Shown one piece after another: positions 1 through 10,200 of a stretch of 64,000 nucleotides of DNA (its first letter is position 1; each line of letters starts with the position of its first letter). Where the stretch lies: assembly GCA_964016885.1 (NCBI GenBank), contig OZ024744.1, positions 127,906,001 through 127,970,000 on the forward strand, read 5' to 3'. The notes under the pieces are model-generated. The model was given only the letters and a program-made list of their open reading frames with translations, was not told where the DNA came from and searched no databases. The stretch is from Eledone cirrhosa (Eukaryota). A program made the position numbers and the translations under genes.

Positions 1-3000
1 AAGTTGGGGTTAAGTTAAGTTGGGGTAAAGTTAAGTTAGGGTTAAGTTAAGTTGGGGTTAAGTTAAGTTGGGGTTAAATTAAGTTGGGGTTAAGTTAAGT
101 TGGGGTTAAGTTAAGTTGGGGTTAAATTAAGTTGGGGTTCAGTTAAGTTGGGTTTAAATTAAGTTGGGGTTAAGTTAAGTTGGGGTTAGTTAAGTTGGGG
201 TTAAGTTAAGTTGGGGTTAAGTTAAGTTGGGGTTAAGTTAAGTTGGGGTTAAGTTAAGTTGGCGTTAAGTTAAGTTGGGGTTAAGTTAAGTTGGGGTTAA
301 ATTAAGTTGGGGTTAAGTTAAGTTGGGGTTAATTTAAGTTGGGGTTAAGTTAAGTTGGGGTTAAGTTAAGTTGGAGTTAAGTCAAGTTGGGGTTAAGTCA
401 AGTTGCGGTTAAGTCAAGTTGGGGTTAAGTCAAGTTGGGGTTAAGTTAAGTTGGGGTTAAGTTAAGTTGGGGTTAAGTTAAGTTGGGGGTAAGTTAAGTT
501 GGGTGTAAGTTAAGTTGGGGTTAAGTTAAGTTGGGGTTCAGTTCAGTTGGGGTTAAGTTGGGGTTAAGTTAAGCTGGGGGTAAGTTAAGTTGGGGTTAAG
601 TTAAGTTGGAGTTAAGTTAAGTTGGGGTTAAGTTAAGTTGGGTTTAAGTTAAGTTGGAGTTAAGTTAAGTTGGAGTTAAGTTAAGTTGGGGTTAAGCTAA
701 GTTGGGGTTAAGCTAAGTTGGGGTTAAGTTAATTTGGGGCTGAGTTAAGTTGGGGTTAAGTTAAGTTCGGGTTGAGTTAAGTTGGGGTTAAGTTAAGTTG
801 GGGTTAAGTTAAGTTGGGGTTAAGTTAAGTTGGGGTTAAGATAAGTTGGGGTTAAGTTAAGTTGGGGTTAATTTAAGTTGGGGTTGAGTTAATTTTGGTT
901 TAAGTTAAGTTGGGCTTAACTTTAGTTGGGGTTAAGTTGGGGTTAAGTTAAGTTGGGGTTAAGTTAAGTTGGGGGTAAGTTAAGTTGGGGGCAAGTTAAG
1001 TTGGGGTTAATTTAAGTTGGGGTTAAGTTAAGTTGGGGTTATGTTAAGTCGGGGTTAAGTGAAGTTGGGGGTAACTTAAGTTGGGGTTAAGTTAATTTGA
1101 GGGTAAGTTAAGTTGGGGTTAAGTTAAGTTGGGGGTAAGTTAAGTTGAGGGTAAGTTAAGTTGGGGTTAAGTTAAGTTGGGGTTAAATTAAGTTGAGGTT
1201 AAGTTAAGTTGGGGTTAAGTTAAGTTGGGGGTAAGATAAGTTGGGGGTAAGATAAGTTGGGGCTAATTTAACAAGGGGCTAAGTCAAGTTGGGGTTAATT
1301 CAAGTTGAGGTTAACTTAAGTTGGGGTTAAGTTAAGTTGGGGTTAAGTTAAGTTGGGGTTAAGGTAAGTTGGGGTTATGTTAAGTTGGGGCTAAGTTAAG
1401 TTGGGGTTAATTTAAGTTGGGGTTAAGTTACGTTGGGGTTAAGATAAGTTGGGGTTAAGTTAAGTTGGGGTTAAGTTAAGTTGGGGTTGAGTTAATTTGG
1501 GGTTAAGTTAAGTTGGGGTTAACTTAAGTTGGGGTTAAGTTGGGGTTAAGTTAAGTTGGGGGTAGGTTAAGTTGGGGGCAAGTTAAGTTGGGGTTAAGTT
1601 AAGTTGGGGTTAAGTTAAGTTGAGGGTAAGTTAAGTCGGGGTTAAGTTAAGTTGGGGTTAATTTAAGTTGAGGTTAAGTTAAGTTGGGGTTAAGGTAAGT
1701 TGGGGTTAAGTTAATTTGCGGTTAAGTTAGGTTGTGGGTTAAGTTAAGTTGGGGTTAAGTTAAGCTGGGGTTAAGTTGGGGTAAGTTAAGTTGGGGGTAA
1801 GTTAAGTTGGGGTTAAGTTAAGTTGGGGTTAAGTTAAGTTGGGGTTAAGTTAAGTTGGGGTTAAGTTAAGTTGGGGTTGAGTTAAGTTGGGGTTGAGTTA
1901 AGTTGGGGTTAAGTTAAGTTGGGGTTAAGTTAAGTTGGGGTTAAGTTAAGTTGGGGTTAAGTTAAGCTGGGGTTAAGTTGGGGTAAGTTAAGTTGGGGGT
2001 AAGTTAAGTTGGGGTTAAGTTAAGTTGGGGTTAAGGTAAGTTGGGGTTATGTTAATTTGGGGCTAAGTTAAGTTGGGGCTAAATCAAGTTGGGGTTAAGT
2101 CAAGTTGAGGTTAACTTAAGTTGGGGCTAAGTTAAGTTGGGGTTAAGTTAAGTTGGGGTTAAGTTAAGTTGGGGTTAAGTTAAGTTGGGGTTATGTTAAG
2201 TTGGGGCTAAGTTAAGTTGGGGCTAAGTTAAGTTGGGGCTGAGTTAAGTTGGGGTTAAGTTAAGTTGGGGTTGAGTTAAGTTGGGGTTAAGTTAAGTTGG
2301 GATTAAGTTAAGTTGGGGTTAAGTTAAGTTGGGGTTAAGATAAGTTGGGGTTAAGTTAAGTTGGGGTTAAGTTAAGTTGGGGTTGAGTTAATTTGGGGTT
2401 AAGTTAAGTTGGGGTTAACTTAAGTTGGGGTTAAGTTGGGGTTAAGTTAAGTTGGGGGTAGGTTAAGTTGGGGGCAAGTTAAGTTGGGGTTAAGTTAAGT
2501 TGGGGTTAAGTTAAGTTGGGTTTAAGTTAAGTTGGGGCTAAGTTAAGTTGGGGCTAAGTTAAGTTGGGGCTGAGTTAAGTTGGGTGTAAGTTAAGTTGGG
2601 GTTCAGTTCAGTTGGGGTTAAGTTAAGTTGGGGTTAAGTTAAGTTGGGGTTAAGTTAAGTTGGGGTTAAGTTAAGTTGGGGTTAAGTTAAGTTGGGGTTG
2701 AGTTAAGTTGGGGTTGAGTTAAGTTGGGGTTAAGTTAAGTTGGGGTTAAGTTAAGTTGTGGTTAAGTTAAGTTGGGGGTAAGTTAAGTTGGGGGTAAGTT
2801 AAGTTGGGGGCAAGTTAAGTTGGGGTTAAGTTAAGTTGGGGTTAAGTTAAGTTGGGGTTAAGTTAAGTTAGGGTTAATTTCAGTTGGGGTTAAGTTAAGT
2901 TGGGGTTAAGTTAAGTTAGGGTTAATTTAAGTTGGGGTTATGTTAAGTTGGGGTTAGGTTAAGTTGGGGTTAAGTTAAGTTGGTGTTAAGTAAAGTTGGG

Positions 3001-6000
3001 GTTAAGTTAAGTTGTGGGTTAAGTTAAGTTGGGGTTAAGTTAAGTTGGGGTTAAGTTAAGTTGGTGTTAAGTAAAGTTGGGCTTAAGTTAAGTTGGGTTT
3101 GAGTTAAGTTGGGGCTAAGTTAAGTTAGGGCTAAGTTAAGTTGGGGTTAAGTTAAGTTGGGGCTAGGTTAAGTTGGGTCTAAGTTAAGTTGGGGTTAAGT
3201 TAAGTTGGGGTTAAGTTAAGTTGGGGTTAAATTAAGTTGGGGTTAAGTTAAGTTGGGGTTAAGCTAAGTTGGGGTTAAGTTAATTTGCGGTTAAGTTAGG
3301 TTGTGGGTTAAGTTAAGTTGGGGGTAAGTTAAGTTGGGGGTAAGTTAAGTTGGGGTTAATTTAAGTTGGGGTTAAGTTAAGTTGGGGTTAAGTTAAGTTG
3401 GGGTTAAGTTAAGTTGGCGTTAAGTTAACTTGGGGTAAAGTTAAGTTGGGGTTAAGTTAAGTTGGGGTTAAGTTAAGTTGGGGTTAAGTTAAGTTGGGGT
3501 TAAGTCAAGTTGGGGTTAAGTCAAGTTGGGGTTAAGTCAAGTTGGGGTTAAGTTAAGTTGGGGTTAAGTTAAGTTGGGGGTAAGTTAAGTTGGGTGTAAG
3601 TTAAGTTGGGGTTAAGTTAAAATGTGGTTAAGTTCAGTTGGGGTTAAGTTAAGTTGGGGTTAAGTTAAGTTGGGGTAAGTTAAGTTGGGGGCAAGTTAAG
3701 TTGGGGTTAAGTTAAGTTGGGGTTAAGTTAAGTTGGGGTTAAGTTAAGTTGGGGTCAAGTTAAGTTGGGGTTAAGTTAAGTTAGGATTAATTTCAGTTGG
3801 GGTTATGTTAAGTTGGGGTTAAGTTAAGTTGGGGTTAATTTAAAGTTGGGGTTAAGTTAAGTTGGGGTAAAGTTAAGTTAGGGTTAAGTTAAGTTGGGGT
3901 TAAGTTAAGTTGGGGATAAATTAAGTTGGGGTTAAGTTAAGTTGGGGTTAAGTTACATTGGGGTTAAATTAAGTTGGGGTTCAGTTAAGTTGGGTTTAAA
4001 TTAAGTTGGGGTTAAGTTAAGTTGGGGTTAGTTAAGTTGGGGTTAAGTTAAGTTGGGGTTAAGTTAAGTTGGGGTTAAGTTAAGTTGGGGTTAAGTTAAG
4101 TTGGCGTTAAGTTAAGTTGGGGTTAAGTTAAGTTGGGGTTAAATTAAGTTGGGGTTAAGTTAAGTTGGGGTTAATTTAAGTTGGGGTTAAGTTAAGTTGG
4201 GGTTAAGTTAAGTTGGAGTTAAGTCAAGTTGGGGTTAAGTCAAGTTGCGGTTAAGTCAAGTTGGGGTTAAGTCAAGTTGGGGTTAAGTTAAGTTGGGGTT
4301 AAGTTAAGTTGGGGTTAAGTTAAGTTGGGGGTAAGTTAAGTTGGGTGTAAGTTAAGTTGGGGTTAAGTTAAGTTGGGGTTCAGTTCAGTTGGGGTTAAGT
4401 TGGGGTTAAGTTAAGCTGGGGGTAAGTTAAGTTGGGGTTAAGTTAAGTTGGGGTTAAGTTAAGTTGGGGTTAAGTTAAGTTGGGTTTAAGTTAAGTTGGA
4501 GTTAAGTTAAGTTGGAGTTAAGTTAAGTTGGGGTTAAGCTAAGTTGGGGTTAAGCTAAGTTGGGGTTAAGTTAATTTGGGGCTGAGTTAAGTTGGGGTTA
4601 AGTTAAGTTCGGGTTGAGTTAAGTTGGGGTTAAGTTAAGTTGGGGTTAAGTTAAGTTGGGGTTAAGTTAAGTTGGGGTTAAGATAAGTTGGGGTTAAGTT
4701 AAGTTGGGGTTAATTTAAGTTGGGGTTGAGTTAATTTTGGTTTAAGTTAAGTTGGGCTTAACTTTAGTTGGGGTTAAGTTGGGGTTAAGTTAAGTTGGGG
4801 TTAAGTTAAGTTCGGGGTAAGTTAAGTTGGGGGCAAGTTAAGTTGGGGTTAATTTAAGTTGGGGTTAAGTTAAGTTGGGGTTATGTTAAGTCGGGGTTAA
4901 GTGAAGTTGGGGGTAACTTAAGTTGGGGTTAAGTTAATTTGAGGGTAAGTTAAGTTGGGGTTAAGTTAAGTTGGGGGTAAGTTAAGTTGAGGGTAAGTTA
5001 AGTTGGGGTTAAGTTAAGTTGGGGTTAAATTAAGTTGAGGTTAAGTTAAGTTGGGGTTAAGTTAAGTTGGGGGTAAGATAAGTTGGGGGTAAGATAAGTT
5101 GGGGCTAAGTTAACTTGGGGCTAAGTCAAGTTGGGGTTAATTCAAGTTGAGGTTAACTTAAGTTGGGGTTAAGTTAAGTTGGGGTTAAGTTAAGTTGGGG
5201 TTAAGGTAAGTTGGGGTTATGTTAAGTTGGGGCTAAGTTAAGTTGGGGCTAAGTTAAGTTGGGGCTGAGTTAAGTTGGGGTTAAGTTAAGTTGGGGTTGA
5301 GTTAAGTTGGGGTTAAGTTAAGTTGGGATTAAGTTAAGTTGGGGTTAAGTTAAGTTCGGCTTGAGTTAAGTTGGGGTTAAGTTAAGTTGGGGTTAATTTA
5401 AGTTGGGGTTAAGTTACGTTGGGGTTAAGATAAGTTGGGGTTAAGTTAAGTTGGGGTTAAGTTAAGTTGGGGTTGAGTTAATTTGGGGTTAAGTTAAGTT
5501 GGGGTTAACTTAAGTTGGGGTTAAGTTAAGTTGGGGGTAGGTTAAGTTGGGGGCAAGTTAAGTTGGGGTTAAGTTAAGTTGGGGTTAAGTTAAGTTGGGG
5601 GTAAGTTAAGTCGGGGTTAAGTTAAGTTGGGGTTAATTTAAGTTGAGGTTAAGTTAAGTTGGGGTTAAGGTAAGTTGGGGTTAAGTTAATTTGCGGTTAA
5701 GTTAGGTTGTGGGTTAAGTTAAGTTGGGGTTAAGTTAAGCTGGGGTTAAGTTGGGGTAAGTTAAGTTGGGGGTAAGTTAAGTTGGGGTTAAGTTAAGTTG
5801 GGGTTAAGTTAAGTTGGGGTTAAGTTAAGTTGGGGTTAAGTTAAGTTGGGGTTGAGTTAAGTTGGGGTTGAGTTAAGTTGGGGTTAAGTTAAGTTGGGGT
5901 TAAGTTAAGTTGGGGTTAAGTTAAGTTGGGGTTAAGTTAAGCTGGGGTTAAGTTGGGGTAAGTTAAGTTGGGGGTAAGTTAAGTTGGGGTTAAGTTAAGT

Positions 6001-7250
6001 TGGGGTTAAGGTAAGTTGGGGTTATGTTAATTTGGGGCTAAGTTAAGTTGGGGCTAAATCAAGTTGGGGTTAAGTCAAGTTGAGGTTAACTTAAGTTGGG
6101 GCTAAGTTAAGTTGGGGTTAAGTTAAGTTGGGGTTAAGTTAAGTTGGGGTTAAGGTAAGTTGGGGTTATGTTAAGTTGGGGCTAAGTTAAGTTGGGGCTA
6201 AGTTAAGTTGGGGCTGAGTTAAGTTGGGGTTAAGTTAAGTTGGGGTTGAGTTAAGTTGGGGTTAAGTTAAGTTGGGATTAAGTTAAGTTGGGGTTAAGTT
6301 AAGTTGGGGTTAAGATAAGTTGGGGTTAAGTTAAGTTGGGGTTAAGTTAAGTTGGGGTTGAGTTAATTTGGGGTTAAGTTAAGTTGGGGTTAACTTAAGT
6401 TGGGGTTAAGTGGGGTTAAGTTAAGTTGGGGGTAGGTTAAGTTGGGGACAAGTTAAGTTGGGGTTAAGTTAAGTTGGGGTTAAGTTAAGTTGGGTTTAAG
6501 TTAAGTTGGGGCTAAGTTAAGTTGGGGCTAAGTTAAGTTGGGGCTGAGTTAAGTTGGGTGTAAGTTAAGTTGGGGTTCAGTTCAGTTGGGGTTAAGTTAA
6601 GTTGGGGTTAAGTTAAGTTGGGGTTAAGTTAAGTTGGGGTTAAGTTAAGTTGGGGTTAAGTTAAGTTGGGGTTGAGTTAAGTTGGGGTTGAGTTAAGTTG
6701 GGGTTAAGTTAAGTTGGGGTTAAGTTAAGTTGTGGTTAAGTTAAGTTGGGGGTAAGTTAAGTTGGGGGTAAGTTAAGTTGGGGGCAAGTTAAGTTGGGGT
6801 TAAGTTAAGTTGGGGTTAAGTTAAGTTGGGGTTAAGTTAAGTTAGGGTTAATTTCAGTTGGGGTTAAGTTAAGTTGGGGTTAAGTTAAGTTAGGGTTAAT
6901 TTAAGTTGGGGTTATGTTAAGTTGGGGTTAGGTTAAGTTGGGGTTAAGTTAAGTTGGTGTTAAGTAAAGTTGGGGTTAAGTTAAGTTGTGGGTTAAGTTA
7001 AGTTGGGGTTAAGTTAAGTTGGGGTTAAGTTAAGTTGGTGTTAAGTAAAGTTGGGCTTAAGTTAAGTTGGGTTTGAGTTTAGTTGGGGCTAAGTTAAGTT
7101 AGGGCTAAGTTAAGTTGGGGTTAAGTTAAGTTGGGGCTAGGTTAAGTTGGGTCTAATTTAAGTTGGGGTTAAGTTAAGTTGGGGTTAAGTTAAGTTGGGG
7201 TTAAATTAAGTTGGGGTTAAGTTAAGTTGGGCTTAAGCTAAGTTGGGGTT
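1..7250 (+). repeat. Higher-order tandem duplication, period ~3.84-3.99 kb (copy 1 from 1 or earlier; copy 2 from ~3843)
   Basis: ggggtaaag at 22/3864, ggcg at 261/4103 and cagttcag at 539/4381 give offset 3842. tacg C at 1431/5417 gives 3986 (+9 monomers). tttgcgg C at 1719/5694 gives 3975 (-11 bp). gggtct at 3175/7149 gives 3974. Several substitutions separate the copies. Confidence 0.9.
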
Positions 7251-10200
7251 AAGTTAGGTTGTGGGTTAAGTTAAGTTGGGGTTAAGTTAAGCTGGGGTTA
7301 AGTTGGGGTAAGTTAAGTTGGGGGTAAGTTAAGTTGGGGTTAAGTTAAGTTGGGGTTAAGTTAAGTTGGGGTTAATTTAAGTTGGGGTTAAGTTAAGTTG
7401 GAGTTGAGTTAAGTTGGGGTTGAGTTAAGTTGGGGTTAAGTTAAGTTGGGGTTAAGTTAAGTTGGGGTTAAGTTAAGTTGGGGTTAAGTTAAGCTGGGGT
7501 AAAGTTGGGGTAAGTTAAGTTGGGGTTAAGTTAAGTTGGGGTTAAGTTAAGTTGAGGTTAAGTTAAGTTGGGGTTAAGTTAAGTTGGGGTTGAGTTAAGT
7601 TGGGGTTGAGTTAAGTTGGGGTTAAGTTAAGTTGGGGTTAAGTTAAGTTGGGGTTAAGTTAAGTTGGGGTTAAGTTAAGTTGGGGTTAAGTTAAGTTGGG
7701 GGTAAGTTAAGATGGGGGCAAGTTAAGTTGGGGTTAAGTTAAGTTGGGGTTAAGTTAAGTTGGGGTTAAGTTAAGTTGGGGTTAAGTTAAGTTGGGGTTA
7801 AGTTAAGTTGGGGTTAAGTTAAGTTAGGGTTAATTTCAGTTGGGGTTATGTTAAGTTGGGGTTAAGTTAAGTTGGGGTTAAGTTAAAGTTGGGGTTAAGT
7901 TAAGTTGGGGTAAAGTTAAGTTGGGGTTAAGTTAAGTTGGGGTTAAATTAAGTTGGGGTTCAGTTAAGTTGGGGTTAAATTAAGTTGGGGTTAAGTTAAG
8001 TTGGGGTTAGTTAAGTTGGGGTTAAGTTAAGTTGGGGTTAAGTTAAGTTGGGGTTAAGTTAAGTTGGGGTTAAGTTAAGTTGGCGTTAAGTTAAGTTGGG
8101 GTTAAGTTAAGTTGGGGTTAAATTAAGTTGGGGTTAAGTTAAGTTGGGGTTAATTTAAGTTGGGGTTAAGTTAAGTTGGGGTTAATTTAAGTTGGAGTTA
8201 AGTCAAGTTGGGGTTAAGTCAAGTTGGGGTTAAGTCAAGTTGGGGTTAAGTCAAGTTGGGGTTAAGTTAAGTTGGGATTAAGTTAAGTTGGGGTTAAGTT
8301 AAGTTGGGGTTAAGATAAGTTGGGGTTAAGTTAAGTTGGGGTTAATTTAAGTTGGGGTTGAGTTAAGTTCGGGTTAAGTTAAGTTCGGGTTGAGTTAAGT
8401 TGGGGTTAAGTTAAGTTGGGGTTAAGTTAAGTTGGGGTTAAGTTAAGTTGGGGTTAAGATAAGTTGGGGTTAAGTTAAGTTGGGGTTAATTTAAGTTGGG
8501 GTTGAGTTAATTTGGGTTTAAGTTAAGTTGGGCTTAACTTAAGTTGGGGTTAAGTTGGGGTTAAGTTAAGTTGGGGTTAAGTTAAGTTGGGGTTAAGTTA
8601 AGTTGGGGGTAAGTTAAGTTGGGGGCAAGTTAAGTTGGGGTTAATTTAAGTTGGGGTTAAGTTAAGTTGGGGTTATGTTAAGTTGGGGTTAATTTAAGTT
8701 GGGTTTAAGGTAAGTTGGGGTTAAGTTAAGTTGGGGCTAAGTTAAGTTGGGGCTAAGTTAAGTTGGGGCTGAGTTAAGTTGGGGTTAAGTTGGGGTTGAG
8801 TTAAGTTGGGGTTAAGTTAAGTTGGGATTAAGTTAAGTTGGGGTTAAGTTAAGTTCGGGTTGAGTTAAGTTGGGGTTAAGTTAAGTTGGGGTTAATTTAA
8901 GTTGGGGTTAAGTTAAGTTGGGGTTAAGATAAGTTGGGGTTAAGTTAAGTTGGGGTTAAGTTAAGTTGGGGTTGAGTTAATTTGGGGTTAAGTTAAGTCG
9001 GGGTTAACTTAAGTTGGGGTTAAGTTAAGTTGGGGTTAAGTTAAGTTGGGGGTAAGTTAAGTTGGGGGCAAGTTGAGTTGGGGTTAAGTTAAGTTGGGGT
9101 TAAGTTAAGGTGGGGGTAAGTTAAGTTGGGGGTAAGTTAAGTTGGGGTTAAGTTAAGTTGGGGTTAAGTTAAGTTGGGTTTAAGTTAAGTTGGGGCTAAG
9201 TCTAGTTGGGGCTAAGTTAAGTTGGGGCTGAGTTAAGTTGGGGTTAAGTTAAGTTGGGGTTGAGTTAAGTTGGGGTTAACTTAAGTTGGGGTTAAGTTGG
9301 GGTTAAGTTAAGTTGGGGTTAAATTAAGTTGGGGGTTAATTAAGTTGCGGCAAGTTAAGTTGGGGTTAATTTAAGTTGGGGTTAAGTTAAGTTGGGGTTA
9401 TGTTAAGTTGGGGTTAAGTTAAGTTGGGGTTAAGTTAAGTTGGGGGTAAGTTAATTTGGGGCTGAGTTAAGATAGGGTTAAGTTAAGTTCGGGTTGAGTT
9501 AAGTTGGGGTTAAGTTAAGTTGGGGTTAAGTTAAGTTGGGATTAAGTTAAGTTGGGGTTAAGATAAGTTGGGGTTAAGTTAAGTTGGGGTTATTTTAAGT
9601 TGGGGTTGAGTTAAGTTCGGGTTAAGTTAAGTTCGGGTTGAGTTAAGTTGGGGTTAAGTTAAGTTGGGGTTAAGTTAAGTTGGGGTTAAGTTAAGTTGGG
9701 GTTAAGATAAGTTGGGGTTAAGTTAAGTTGGGGTTAATTTAAGTTGGGGTTGAGTTAATTTGGGTTTAAGTTAAGTTGGGCTTAACTTAAGTTGGGGTTA
9801 AGTTGGGGTTAAGTTAAGTTGGGGTTAAGTTAAGTTGGGGTTAAGTTAAGTTGGGGGTAAGTTAAGTTGGGGGCAAGTTAAGTTGGGGTTAATTTAAGTT
9901 GGGGTTAAGTTAAGTTGGGGTTATGTTAAGTTGGGGTTAATTTAAGTTGGGGTTAAGTTAAGTTGGGGGTAACTTAAGTTGAGGGTAAGTTAAGTTGAGG
10001 GTAAGTTAAGTTGAGGGTAAGTTAAGTTGAGGTTAAGTTAAGTTGGGGTTAAGTTAAGTTGGGGGTAAGTTAAGTTGGGGGTAAGTTAAGTTGGGGTTAA
10101 GTTAAGTTGGGGTTAAATTAAGTTGAGGTTAAGTTAATTTGGGGTTAAGTTAAGTTGGGGTTAAGTTAAGTTGGGGTTAAGTTAAGTTGGGGTTAAGGTA

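Noticed and set aside
36-41. Canonical TTAGGG or TTAGG telomere repeats (also e.g. ~1727, ~2868)
   Set aside because: They are isolated single-substitution variants of TTGGGG or TTAAG and never occur in tandem.
261-410. CpG-creating variants (ggcg, tgcg, tcgg, tacg) as a methylation signal
   Set aside because: In a G-rich unit most changes to C create CpG by chance, and their recurrence reflects duplication.
1310-1322. Palindromes AACTTAAGTT/GTTAAC as operator, terminator or transposon end
   Set aside because: They arise trivially from one G>C change in a TTAA-rich unit; there is no stem-loop with a U-tract and no associated gene.
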